NCBI GenBank assembly: GCA_045533315.1
Contig: JAZSHN010000116.1
Coordinates: 1-35,030, forward strand
Reading direction: 5' to 3'
Length of the DNA stretch: 35,030 bases
From: Eubacteriales bacterium
GTDB taxonomy: Bacteria > Bacillota > Clostridia > Oscillospirales > CAG-272
The position numbers were made by a program, and so were the translations under genes. A model generated the notes under the pieces. It was given only the letters and a program-made list of their open reading frames with translations, was not told the DNA's origin and did not search any database. Positions 15,159-24,842 of the stretch are shown here, one piece after another; position 1 is the first letter of the stretch, and the number at the start of each line of letters is the position of its first letter.

Positions 15159-15824
15159 CTACTCGTCGGTGTGGATAAGCGTGTCGATATACCCGTCGAT
15201 AAGACGAGGCAGACGGGAAACGAGAATTGCATCGGTGAAAACCAAAACGCCACCCATATCCTGTCCGTTTTCGGTATCAAGCTCCCATACCGTACCGTTT
15301 TCGCGCATCTCCGAAACGGTGATGGGGGTGGGTGAAAAGACGAGTATATTGACCGTCCCCTCCCTTTGGGTCGGGTCGTATTTTAGCCGTACGTGAATTC
15401 CCGAAATTTTCCCTCGCGAAAGGGCGCGACGGGTCGCAAGTCTTCCGAGATACACCGCCTCGTTTGCCGAGGAAAGATGCACTCCGATACCCGAGGTGAT
15501 AAAAGGAGCAAGCTTTATTCTGTAAAGGCTTCCGCGAAGCTCCATTTCCATATCATACCCCTCAAAGCTCCACAAAAGCGAAAGGAAGGGTGGGCGGGCA
15601 AACCGTATTTTCACGCCGTTTTCCTTTGCGGCGGTCTTTACCGCCTTTATAAACAAGGCTTGCTTCCTTGCGGCAAGGAGAATGCGAAGCGCGACAAGCG
15701 CAAAAAGAAGAATAGCCGCCCCGATAAGTATCTCCCGCCAAAGATAACGCACAATATTTACAAGCGAAATTACGGACGATATCAAAAAGTCAATAAATTG
15801 AATTATAACGCTGAATATCTCCAT
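15159..15824 (-). CDS. Hypothetical membrane protein (two N-terminal TM helices plus a ~150-aa soluble domain)
   Basis: 221-aa ORF with GGAGC 5 nt upstream of the ATG. Hydrophobic segments are VIIQFIDFLISSVISLVNIV and ILIGAAILLFALVALRILL. I recognise no family. It starts 58 nt after the copA stop with no intervening terminator. Confidence 0.7.
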   Translation of the reverse strand: MEIFSVIIQFIDFLISSVISLVNIVRYLWREILIGAAILLFALVALRILLAARKQALFIKAVKTAAKENGVKIRFARPPFLSLLWSFEGYDMEMELRGSLYRIKLAPFITSGIGVHLSSANEAVYLGRLATRRALSRGKISGIHVRLKYDPTQREGTVNILVFSPTPITVSEMRENGTVWELDTENGQDMGGVLVFTDAILVSRLPRLIDGYIDTLIHTDE

Positions 15825-15882
15825 TTAAAGCTCCAAGCAAACGTTGAAATCATACTCCCAACCGCGGGAAATTTAACACGGG

Positions 15883-18513
15883 TTATGCGATAACGGGATA
15901 GCCCGCCTCCTCCACCGTTTTGCGAATTTCCTCCGACACGTCGCGGCTCATCTCAACCGTAAGCGTGCCGTCAAGGTGGATTGCCGTCGCCTCTGTAACG
16001 CCGTCGATTGCCTCCACCGCCTTTTTAACTCTTGCCTCGCAATGCGGGCACATCATTCCGTCAAGAACAAATACCTTTATCATTTTTTTATCCTCACCTT
16101 CAGATTTATTTTCGTCAAAATCACATTCCGAAATGTTTTTGTTAAGGGCGACCGCCATATCCTCTCCGCCGCCACTCAACGCCGCGTTTTCCGCAACGGC
16201 AGCAACGGTGCTTTTTGTGTCAGCACCAACCGACTTTTCCGTAACAGCAGCCACGGGCTTTTCATCAACACCACCCTCGGACTTTTCCGCGTCAGTGCCG
16301 ACTGTATTTTTTGTGTCGCAACGCCTTCCCCTTTCATAGCAGGGGCGCCACAAATTAAGACGAAGCGCATTAGACACCACCGAAAAGCTTGAAAGGCTCA
16401 TTGCCAAAGCACCAATCATAGGCGACAGTGCAAGACCGAAAAGCCCCGCAGCAAGCGGTATTCCAAGACAGTTGTAAAGAAAGGCAAAGAACAGGTTTTC
16501 CTTTATATTCCGAAGTGCGGCGCGTCCGATACCGACCGCATCGACCACACCGAGAAGTCCGTCGCGCACAAGCACAACGTCTGCCGCCTCAATTGCGACG
16601 TCCGTCCCCCTGCCGATTGCGAGACCGACGCCTGCCGCGGTAAGCGCGGGGGCATCGTTAATTCCGTCACCGACCATCATCGTGCGGTATTTTACCGAAT
16701 ACTCCTTCACCGCATCAAGCTTTCCGTCGGGCAAAAGTCCCGCCCGCACCTCGTCGATACCGACCTCTGCGGCAATTCTTTTTGCAACCGCAGCGTTATC
16801 ACCCGTAAGCATAACTACGCGAAGCCCCATTTTCTTTAAAGCCGAAACAGCCCCGCTTGCATCCGACTTTATCCCGTCGGCAACCGCAATCATTCCGAGA
16901 TATTTTCCGTCATGTATAAAGAGCATCGGTGTTTTACCCTCGCGGGCAAGTCTGTCGTATTCGTTTTGTGTATCAATGTCAACAGTTGTTAACGTTTTCG
17001 CATAGTCAAGGCTTACGCCGTATGCCACGGAATTCGCTATATTATTTGACACGCCCCTGCCAGTTATGGCTGTAAAGCCGTCCGCGGGCAAAGGACTTGC
17101 ACCGTTTTTCTCGCAATACTCCACTATCGCACGGGCAAGCGGATGCTCCGACGGCTTTTCAAGCGTAAGCGCAACCGAGAGCAGCTTGGGAGAGGCGGAT
17201 ATTACGTCGGTAACGGATGGCCTTCCCTCCGTAACGGTTCCCGTTTTATCGAGAAGCACACACTCCACTCTACCGCACTGCTCGGTAGCGGTGGCATTTT
17301 TGTAAAGCACACCGCGGCGTGCGGCAACTCCGCCCGAAACCATAATGGCAACGGGAGTAGCAAGCCCGAGCGCACACGGACAGCTGATAACCAAGACCGA
17401 GATGGCACGCCCAATCGCAAAGCCGAAATCGCGCCCCGCGATAAGCCAACCGATAAGCGTAACAATCGCAATGCCCATAACCGTCGGTACAAACACGCCC
17501 GAAACCCTGTCTGCAAGGCGGGCAATCGGTGCCTTTGTTGCGGTGGCATCCGAAACCATTTTAATAATTGAGGAAAGGACCGTCCCCTCCCCTACTCTTT
17601 CGGCGCGGCAGACAAGCCGCCCGTTTGCATTTACCGTAGCACCGTAAACCTCGCTGCCCACCGTTTTCTCGACGGGAAGGCTCTCTCCCGTGAGCATAGA
17701 TTCGTCAACCGCGGAGTCACCCTCCACCACAATTCCGTCAACGGCAATTCGCTCCCCCGGGCGGACAACAAAGAGGTCACCCACCCTTACCTCATCGATG
17801 TCAACAGTGCGCTCCGCACCGTCGACAAGCAGGGTCGCACGCTTTGCGCCAAGGCTCATAAGCGAGGCAATCGCATCGGTTGTTTTACCCTTTGCACGCG
17901 CCTCGAGCAGCTTTCCGAGGGTGATAAGCGCAAGAATCATCGCCGCCGATTCAAAATACAGGTCGTGCAGGTGATGCGCCGCCGTATGCGGCTCTGCTAT
18001 CATTTTGATAAATACTGCAAAACTGTAGCCAAAGGCGGCAAGCGAGCCGAGCGACACGAGCGTGTCCATATTCGGCGCGAGGTGTATCACTCCGCGCGCA
18101 CCGTTTACAAAAAAGCGGAAATTTATCAGCAATACCAAGAGGGAAAGCGTCATTTGTATTCCCGCATTCCACACGGGAGAAAGCCACGCGGGCGTGGGCA
18201 GTCCGACCATATGCCCCATCGAAAAATACATAAGCACCGTCACAAGCACCAGTGACGAGGTCAGTCTGAAAATCAACACGGGGGTATGCTTATCCTTAAT
18301 TTTCGGCTCTTTATCAAGCTCCTCTGCAACCCCATAGCCCGCAGCAATTACCGCATCCGAAATCACCTCTCGGCTTGCACTCCCCTCCACGGTAAGGTCG
18401 CCTGTAAGAAGGTTGACGGAGCAGGAGGCAACCCCGTCGAGCGAGGAAACCGCCCTTTCCACCCTTGCGGAGCAAGCGGCACAGGACATACCCGTTACCT
18501 TTAATTTTTCCAT
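15883..18513 (-). CDS. copA: Copper-translocating P1B-type ATPase with N-terminal and C-terminal HMA domains
   Basis: The N-terminal HMA motif is [12 protein letters not shown]. Core motifs are TM CPC ([11 protein letters not shown]), [17 protein letters not shown] and [10 protein letters not shown]-terminal low-complexity linker is followed by a second HMA domain ([20 protein letters not shown]). Confidence 0.92.
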   Translation of the reverse strand: MEKLKVTGMSCAACSARVERAVSSLDGVASCSVNLLTGDLTVEGSASREVISDAVIAAGYGVAEELDKEPKIKDKHTPVLIFRLTSSLVLVTVLMYFSMGHMVGLPTPAWLSPVWNAGIQMTLSLLVLLINFRFFVNGARGVIHLAPNMDTLVSLGSLAAFGYSFAVFIKMIAEPHTAAHHLHDLYFESAAMILALITLGKLLEARAKGKTTDAIASLMSLGAKRATLLVDGAERTVDIDEVRVGDLFVVRPGERIAVDGIVVEGDSAVDESMLTGESLPVEKTVGSEVYGATVNANGRLVCRAERVGEGTVLSSIIKMVSDATATKAPIARLADRVSGVFVPTVMGIAIVTLIGWLIAGRDFGFAIGRAISVLVISCPCALGLATPVAIMVSGGVAARRGVLYKNATATEQCGRVECVLLDKTGTVTEGRPSVTDVISASPKLLSVALTLEKPSEHPLARAIVEYCEKNGASPLPADGFTAITGRGVSNNIANSVAYGVSLDYAKTLTTVDIDTQNEYDRLAREGKTPMLFIHDGKYLGMIAVADGIKSDASGAVSALKKMGLRVVMLTGDNAAVAKRIAAEVGIDEVRAGLLPDGKLDAVKEYSVKYRTMMVGDGINDAPALTAAGVGLAIGRGTDVAIEAADVVLVRDGLLGVVDAVGIGRAALRNIKENLFFAFLYNCLGIPLAAGLFGLALSPMIGALAMSLSSFSVVSNALRLNLWRPCYERGRRCDTKNTVGTDAEKSEGGVDEKPVAAVTEKSVGADTKSTVAAVAENAALSGGGEDMAVALNKNISECDFDENKSEGEDKKMIKVFVLDGMMCPHCEARVKKAVEAIDGVTEATAIHLDGTLTVEMSRDVSEEIRKTVEEAGYPVIA

Positions 18514-18623
18514 ATCATCATCCTACAAAATGTTTTGTTGTATTTCCCGCCAAAAGCAAATTGCCAATGACGGACGTATAAATTACGATTTGCATAGCAA
18601 GCTATCGGGAGAAAAGCTTTGCG

Positions 18624-19877
18624 TCAATTAAACCCCGACTTTATAATAAACTCCCAGTTATAGGGGAGCGAAACAATATCGATTTCGTCGTAGTATTTAT
18701 CCTTGATTTTTACGTCGGGCGAAAGCTCGTAAAGCGAGGCGGCATAAAGATAATTCGCCGCATCCGAATAGAAATCGCTGAAGAAATACTCGTAGGTGCG
18801 GGAGAAATACGCCCCCGCCGCAAGCTGTCCGCGATAGACGAAGCAAACACCGCCCTCAACGGCAATTTCGGCAAATTCCCCGATTTCTCTGTCATAGATA
18901 AATTGCAAAAGCTCCGCCCCCATACTCTCGGCAAAGGCGCGCGTCGCATCCGCAAAGGGCAGACCCGTCACACCGTCGACGGGCGAGAAAAAATATCCCT
19001 CCGTCGTATAGTCGTCAAGGTCGTATTTTTCAAGCATAACGTCAAAATAAAGCTCCGTAATCTGTCCGTCCGTACCGTTTTGAAGCGCGGTGACAGCCTC
19101 GCGGATATCGGCAATATCGGCAGTACGCTCGGCAAGCTCCTCGGCGGTCAGGGGGCGTGTCACAAGCTCCCCGTTTTCGTTAACCCTATATTCTCCCTTT
19201 TCGTCAAGGTCGTATTCAAACTCGGTGCGAATAAAAAGCAGCTTTGCAAAAGCGTAGGAGCCGTAATACCTTTCCGCCTCGGATTTGAATGCCCCCGTTG
19301 CAAGCATACTGCCGCTGTCGCCATAGATACGGCGCTGTGCCTGCTCCTTTTTGTAAACTAAAGTTAGCGCATCAGCAAATCCGTTATAATCAAATCCGTA
19401 TTTTGCGACACGCGAATTAAAGTCCTTTTTATCCGTACATCCGAAATCAACAATTGCCGATGCACAAAGCTCCCTTATATTCCTTTTCTCGTCGCGCGAA
19501 AGGGTTGCGTAGCGGTCAAAAAGGTAAGCTCCGACGGCAATCTCGCGAATGTAAGCCTCTGTTTCGGCTTCGAGAAGCTCTCCGTAGGTTACACCGTCCT
19601 TGTACTCGCTTTGCCAAAAATCGTTATGCTCGACAGCGTCGTATTTACTCATAAAGGCGGTTTTGTAGGTGGTGGCAAGATATGCCGCCGCCCCCTTTTC
19701 AATACGCACCCCGCCAAAGGACACGAGGGCGCGCGAATTACGCACCGCGAGGACGATTGACGCCACCGCACCAAGAAGAATAACGGCACAAAGCGTAATT
19801 GCAACCGTTAGAATTATGGGATTTTTTAGCACGGGGTGCCCGTTTTTCTCTTTTATTCGGTTTTTTGTTTTACTCAT
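18624..19877 (-). CDS. Hypothetical membrane-anchored extracytoplasmic protein; possible SurA/PrsA-N-terminal-like chaperone with no recognisable PPIase motif
   Basis: 417-aa ORF. The N-terminus is basic and is followed by one TM helix (ILTVAITLCAVILLGAVASIVLAV). Its ATG overlaps the mfd stop codon by 1 nt (TAATG). The position after mfd matches where clostridial genomes often carry a PrsA-like gene; this is from memory and not checked. Confidence 0.7.
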   Translation of the reverse strand: MSKTKNRIKEKNGHPVLKNPIILTVAITLCAVILLGAVASIVLAVRNSRALVSFGGVRIEKGAAAYLATTYKTAFMSKYDAVEHNDFWQSEYKDGVTYGELLEAETEAYIREIAVGAYLFDRYATLSRDEKRNIRELCASAIVDFGCTDKKDFNSRVAKYGFDYNGFADALTLVYKKEQAQRRIYGDSGSMLATGAFKSEAERYYGSYAFAKLLFIRTEFEYDLDEKGEYRVNENGELVTRPLTAEELAERTADIADIREAVTALQNGTDGQITELYFDVMLEKYDLDDYTTEGYFFSPVDGVTGLPFADATRAFAESMGAELLQFIYDREIGEFAEIAVEGGVCFVYRGQLAAGAYFSRTYEYFFSDFYSDAANYLYAASLYELSPDVKIKDKYYDEIDIVSLPYNWEFIIKSGFN

Positions 19878-22800
19878 TATTCCTCCTTCGCGCGACCTTC
19901 GTTATCCGACTCCTCTGCCTCGCAGTATTTTGTAAGAACCTTTATGGCTGCGGCGGTAGCATCCTCTCCCTTGTGAAGCTTATACACAACAAGCGGCGCA
20001 CCGACCCCAATCATAGACATTGCGGGAAGCTCTGCAAACACAACAGACCAAAGCTCCAGCCGCGGCTTTTCCATATAAAAGGTAAGGCGGTTATCCTTTG
20101 CCTCCACCTTTCTTATTTTTGCCTTTTCAAGAAGCGCCTTTATAAGTGCAACGTCAACCAGCCTTACAACAGGTTTTGGCGGGTCGCCGAAGCGGTCGGT
20201 AAACTCGTCAAGGACGTCCATTCGGTCGGTATTTGTTTCCACAAAGGCGATTTTTTTATACATTTCCATTCGCGCCGCGGCGGAGGGGACGTAGCCCTCG
20301 GGTATATATGCCGAAACGGGAATGGCAACCGTTGCCTCGAATTTTTCGGGAGCAGGCACTCCCTTTTCCTCCAAAATAGCCTCGTTAAGAAGCTTTACGT
20401 AAAGGTCATAGCCCACGCTCTCAATATATCCGTGCTGCTCGGGTCCGAGGAGATTTCCGACTCCGCGAATTTCCATATCGCGAAGCGCGATTTTAAAGCC
20501 CGCACCGAATTCGGCAAACTCGCGTATTGTTTCAAGACGCTTTTCGGCAACCTCGGAAAGTGCCTTTCCGGGGCGGTAGGTAAGATAGGCATACGCCTGT
20601 CTTTCGCTTCTTCCAACCCTGCCGCGAATTTGGTGCAGCTGCGAAAGCCCAAACCTGTCCGCGTTTTCGATAATCAGAGTATTCGCGTTTGGAAGGTCGA
20701 CACCCGTTTCGATAATCGTTGTACAGACAAGCACGTCAATCTCACCGCGCACAAGGTATTGCCAGATATCCTCCAGCTCATCCTTTTCCATTCGTCCGTG
20801 TGCAACCGCAATACGGGCTTCGGGGAGGGAGCACTGTATCTTATCGGCAACAAAATCAATATCCTCTATTTTATTGTAAAGGTACAGCACCTGTCCGCGT
20901 CGGTCAAGCTCGCGGCGGATAGCATCGATAACCATTCCGTCGTCATGCTCCATAACGTAGGTTTGCACGGGGCGGCGGTCACCCGGTGCTTCGTCAAGAA
21001 CGGAAATATCGCTTATACCACTCATCGCCATATTAAGAGTACGCGGTATAGGCGTTGCAGAAAGCATCAAAGTGTCAACATTTGTTGTCATTTCGCGAAG
21101 CTTTTCCTTTTGGGCGACACCAAAGCGCTGCTCCTCGTCTATAATCAAAAGTCCAAGGTCGCGAAACTCCACGTTCTTTGAAATCATGGCGTGCGTGCCG
21201 ATAAGAATATCCACCCTGCCCCTTTTTGTGCGCTCTATAATCTCGCGGCGCTCCTTTGGCTTCCTGAAGCGGGAGAGCATCTCCACCGACACGGCATAGC
21301 CGCGCATACGGGAGATTGCGGTTTGATAATGCTGAAGCGCGAGAATGGTGGTCGGAACGAGAATTGCGACCTGCTTTCCACCGAGAATTGCCTTAAACGC
21401 GGCGCGAAGCGCGACCTCCGTTTTTCCAAAGCCGACGTCCCCGCAAAGAAGCCTGTTCATCGGTATCGGGCGTATCATATCCGCCTTTATATCATTGATA
21501 GCCGAGAGCTGACTTTCGGTCGGCTCGTATTCAAAATCCGCCTCGAATTTATCCTCAAGCTCGGATTGCTTCGGAAAGGCAAAGCCCGCCCTTCTCTGTC
21601 TTTCGGCATAGAGATTTACAAGCTTTTTGGCAAGCTCCTTTGTCGCGGCGCGTGCCTTGCTCTTTGCGCGTGTCCAATCGCCGCCGCCCATTTTGGAAAG
21701 CTTTACCCTTCCGTCCTTATCTCTTTCACCGATGTATTTGCCAAGCACGTCGAGCCTTTCGCATCTTACAAAAAGCCTATCCGTGCCTGCATATCTTATG
21801 CTTATATAATCGCGGGTAACTCCGTCTATCGTAACAGGCTCGATGCCCTCGAAAAGACCGATACCGTAGGTCGCGTGTACAACGTAATCCCCAGGCTCAA
21901 GCTCCGCATAGCTCATAAGCCGCTTTACACCGCCCGCGCGTCTTGCAACCCTTTGCTTTCGCTTGTTCGCCATAACCGAGCGTCCGTCGGGTGCAGCCAT
22001 TGACAGCACGGCAATGCGAGGGGAAATAAGGTCAAAGCCTTCGTGACATCCAACGTCAAGGAAAAGCGAGCCGCCCTGCGCGGTATGAACATCAACCTTG
22101 TTGCCGTCGTAAATCGGGATTGCCGCAATGCCGAGGGTGGCAAGCTCCTCGGAAAGGCTTTCTGCGCTTGCCCTCGTTTCGGAGAGCAAAACCGTGCGAT
22201 AGCCCGCCTTTTTAAGACCCGCAAGGTCCTCCACAAGCATAGAGAGATTATCACCGTAGGAAACGGTCGGTCGGCTGCGAAATCCGAAAAGACCCGCAAG
22301 CTTCATTCCTCCAACACCTCCCGCAAAGGAGTTGACGTGAAGCGTGAGATTGCAGTTTAAAAAGTCCTCGTAATCCTCCGCACCGAGCGAAAGGCGTGCC
22401 GTTCGGCGCGACATTGCGCCATAGGAGATAAGACCCTCGATATTATCCTCGAGTGCCTTTGTTTTTCTTTTTGCCTCGTCGCGACAGTCGGAGGTTCCAA
22501 GCACGAATACACAGCTTCTCCCCTTAAGATAGGAGAAAAGGCTTGCCCTTTCGTATATAAGCGGCAGATATTTGTCGCGGAATTCCATACCTCCAAGAGC
22601 CTCAACCGAGGCCCTCTCGCGAAGCAAGCGAGCGCGAATATCGTCGGATATTTCGGGGGAGGAAAGCAGCCTTTCAATCTCCTCAAGCATACGGGTGCGT
22701 GCCACAGCATCGACCACGACCTCACGCGCGGGAAGAATTGAAATGCCATCTATATTTTCAAGCGTGCGCTGGCTTCCCGTATCAAAGGAGGAAAGGCGAT

Positions 22801-23422
22801 CAATCTCGTCTCCGAAAAATTCGCACCTTACGGCAAAGTCCATATCCGCGCCGTAAAAATCAACGATACCGCCACGGCGGGCAAACTGTCCGCGGTCCTC
22901 AACCGCATCGACGGGATTAAAGCCAAGGGCGGTAAGCCGAGCAGCAAGACCGTCGGGCGAGATTTCGCCGCCGACAGAAAGAGAAAGCGAGAGGCTTTCA
23001 AGAGCTTTGGGCGGAATAGTCAGAGAAAGCGCCGCGGAGGGAGTAGTTACCACCGCGCGCACATCGCCCGAGAGAAGCCGTGACAAGACGGATAGCCTCT
23101 CACGCTCGACGTCATGAGAGGCGGAAATGTTATGAAGCACAGGCTCTCGCGGCTTGTATTCAGCCACGGGAATACCGTCCATGGATAAATAGGTGCAAAG
23201 TCGCGTGCGCTCCTCCTCGTTAGAGGCGAAAATAACGACCGCGCCCTCCGAAGCAGAAAGCGCGTGTGACACCGCCGAGGAAAGAAAGGCAAGCGTTGCA
23301 CCGCCCGAAAGACCGTTTATAACAATCGGCAGGGGAGCTTCGCGGCGAAGCCCCTCGCCAAGCGTGTCCATAGCCGAAAGAAACTCTCGGTCCTCGCGGA
23401 TTAAGGAGGAAATTTTAAGCAT
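19877..23422 (-). CDS. mfd: Transcription-repair coupling factor Mfd
   Basis: 1181 aa. It has a CarD-like block (GDYVVHATYGIGLFEGIE), helicase motifs (LLCGDVGFGKTEVALRAAF, DEEQRFGV, MLSATPIPRTL, QLHQIRGRVGRS) and a TRCF C-terminal domain. AGGAGGG precedes the ATG. Confidence 0.95.
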   Translation of the reverse strand: MLKISSLIREDREFLSAMDTLGEGLRREAPLPIVINGLSGGATLAFLSSAVSHALSASEGAVVIFASNEEERTRLCTYLSMDGIPVAEYKPREPVLHNISASHDVERERLSVLSRLLSGDVRAVVTTPSAALSLTIPPKALESLSLSLSVGGEISPDGLAARLTALGFNPVDAVEDRGQFARRGGIVDFYGADMDFAVRCEFFGDEIDRLSSFDTGSQRTLENIDGISILPAREVVVDAVARTRMLEEIERLLSSPEISDDIRARLLRERASVEALGGMEFRDKYLPLIYERASLFSYLKGRSCVFVLGTSDCRDEAKRKTKALEDNIEGLISYGAMSRRTARLSLGAEDYEDFLNCNLTLHVNSFAGGVGGMKLAGLFGFRSRPTVSYGDNLSMLVEDLAGLKKAGYRTVLLSETRASAESLSEELATLGIAAIPIYDGNKVDVHTAQGGSLFLDVGCHEGFDLISPRIAVLSMAAPDGRSVMANKRKQRVARRAGGVKRLMSYAELEPGDYVVHATYGIGLFEGIEPVTIDGVTRDYISIRYAGTDRLFVRCERLDVLGKYIGERDKDGRVKLSKMGGGDWTRAKSKARAATKELAKKLVNLYAERQRRAGFAFPKQSELEDKFEADFEYEPTESQLSAINDIKADMIRPIPMNRLLCGDVGFGKTEVALRAAFKAILGGKQVAILVPTTILALQHYQTAISRMRGYAVSVEMLSRFRKPKERREIIERTKRGRVDILIGTHAMISKNVEFRDLGLLIIDEEQRFGVAQKEKLREMTTNVDTLMLSATPIPRTLNMAMSGISDISVLDEAPGDRRPVQTYVMEHDDGMVIDAIRRELDRRGQVLYLYNKIEDIDFVADKIQCSLPEARIAVAHGRMEKDELEDIWQYLVRGEIDVLVCTTIIETGVDLPNANTLIIENADRFGLSQLHQIRGRVGRSERQAYAYLTYRPGKALSEVAEKRLETIREFAEFGAGFKIALRDMEIRGVGNLLGPEQHGYIESVGYDLYVKLLNEAILEEKGVPAPEKFEATVAIPVSAYIPEGYVPSAAARMEMYKKIAFVETNTDRMDVLDEFTDRFGDPPKPVVRLVDVALIKALLEKAKIRKVEAKDNRLTFYMEKPRLELWSVVFAELPAMSMIGVGAPLVVYKLHKGEDATAAAIKVLTKYCEAEESDNEGRAKEE

Positions 23423-23550
23423 TGCGCCCTCCTTTGTATATTAAGGTTTACATTTTGCTTTTTAAAATTGTTTGAAGCTCGCCGACGGTAAATGCCATTT
23501 CAACAGGCTTTAGCCGCCAAGCTTGTGTTAAAATTTAACACGGGATGGGG

Positions 23551-24177
23551 TTATTTCGAGAATTTTGACATTGCACCGTCAATATTCCCCAAAAGAATAA
23601 GCCTTACCGACTCGTAAACGTCGTCGAGCCTTTCGGTGAATTTTTTCATATCGCCCTCCGGCATTTTCCCAAGCACCCAGTCGGCAAGGTCGTATTCGGG
23701 GTGCGGCTTTTGCCCGACGCCGAGCTTTATACGGGGAAAATCCTGTGACCCGATATGCTCTATTATGCTTTTAAGGCCGTTGTGACCGCCCGCGGACCCC
23801 TTTCTTCTTATTCTGAAAAGCCCGGGCTCAAAGCTTATTTCGTCGTGAAGAACGATAATTTTTTCGGGCGGGATATTGTAAAATCGCGCCGCCTCCGCAA
23901 CCGCGACACCTGAATTGTTCATAAAGGTTTCGGGCTTCATAAGAATTCCGCGCGCACCGTCAAGCGTCACCTCTGCGACAAGGGCGTGATACTTTGCCCT
24001 GTCTATTTTAACGCCAAGCCTTTTCGCTATGTCGTCAACCGCGATAAAGCCGACGTTGTGGCGGGTTTTCTCGTATTTCGTACCCGGGTTGCCGAGTCCA
24101 ACGATTAAAAAGGACACGGGTGCTACGCTTTTTTCCTCTTTTTTAAGCCTGTCGAATATATCGAAAATATTTCCCAC
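23551..24177 (-). CDS. pth: Peptidyl-tRNA hydrolase
   Basis: Motifs: FLIVGLGNPGTKYEKTRHNVGF and GGHNGLKSI. A GTG start at 24177 has AGAGGG 8 nt upstream and gives a ~20-aa N-terminal extension relative to typical Pth. Confidence 0.9.
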   Translation of the reverse strand: MGNIFDIFDRLKKEEKSVAPVSFLIVGLGNPGTKYEKTRHNVGFIAVDDIAKRLGVKIDRAKYHALVAEVTLDGARGILMKPETFMNNSGVAVAEAARFYNIPPEKIIVLHDEISFEPGLFRIRRKGSAGGHNGLKSIIEHIGSQDFPRIKLGVGQKPHPEYDLADWVLGKMPEGDMKKFTERLDDVYESVRLILLGNIDGAMSKFSK

Positions 24178-24180
24178 GGA

Positions 24181-24813
24181 TTAATCCCTCTTATCCTCTC
24201 TGATAAGGATTAGCTCCTCCGCATACGGAAGCGCACGTATAGCGTCGCAAAGCACGTGCCATTCGCCGAGCTTATGATGCCTTCTTGCATAGTATATGTT
24301 GATAAGGATTTCGTAATTCACCGTAACGGTGCGCTTTTGGTTATAGGACGAGGGCAGAAGCTGTATCATATTGTGCCAATGCGCCTTTTCCTTTGTTTCG
24401 TTGAATTTTTCGCGCTCGCCCTCAAGAAAGGCAATCATTGTGTCAAGCACGGCAAGCGCTTCCTCGCTCATTCTGTCGTGTGAGAAGTCGTCGCGCTCGA
24501 ATGCCTTTGCCTGAATTTTATGCATTGTGGAGGTGGAGTTTGCAACGGTGCCAACCTTATAGGTATCGAATTCCTTCCACCAATAAAGCGGTGCGGTTAT
24601 ATCCATCGAAACGAAAATTTGGCGAAGATATTTACGGTGGTCGCTTCCCGCGACGGCAAGCCTTCTTGCAAGCGAGAGATCGTTTTCGCCAAGCACAAAA
24701 TTACCGTCCGCGTCGTAGTAGCTGTCCATTTTTGCCCAGCTGTTCATCGGATTTCGCGCGCCCCTGATAGCATTTTCCATATTCATTACACAAATTTTTT
24801 CAACCTTTAGCAT
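24181..24813 (-). CDS. ThyX (Thy1)-fold protein lacking the RHR..S catalytic motif; function unknown
   Basis: 210-aa ORF with GGAGG 5 nt upstream of the ATG. By eye it is collinear with FAD-dependent thymidylate synthase (ThyX): DHRKYLRQIFVSMDITAPLYWWKEFDTYKVGTVANSTSTMH aligns with HE..EH..FTF.I.AP.FV.RQ..RHRI.S...S.RY. However, RHR is replaced by TYK, and the downstream Ser and Arg are both replaced by Thr. Confidence 0.75.
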   Translation of the reverse strand: MLKVEKICVMNMENAIRGARNPMNSWAKMDSYYDADGNFVLGENDLSLARRLAVAGSDHRKYLRQIFVSMDITAPLYWWKEFDTYKVGTVANSTSTMHKIQAKAFERDDFSHDRMSEEALAVLDTMIAFLEGEREKFNETKEKAHWHNMIQLLPSSYNQKRTVTVNYEILINIYYARRHHKLGEWHVLCDAIRALPYAEELILIREDKRD

Positions 24814-24842
24814 AGCTGCCTCCGAATGTCTTTATCCTTTAT

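Noticed and set aside
19799-21181. 460-aa plus-strand ORF antisense to mfd. The 547-aa ORF at 32493-34136, antisense to the binding-protein gene, is the same kind.
   Set aside because: Both lie entirely within well-supported minus-strand genes. They lack start-codon context and give implausible compositions. I treat them as shadow ORFs, together with the many 60-270-aa antisense ORFs in the track (for example 557-1276, 2581-3348, 12048-12806, 21191-22003, 25357-26097, 26615-27331).
23510-23545. GTGTTAAA/TTTAACAC palindrome between pth and mfd, considered as a possible terminator or operator
   Set aside because: The loop is too small for a stable RNA hairpin, no U tract follows on the coding strand, and pth-mfd are normally co-transcribed. 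The evidence is insufficient to call a feature.
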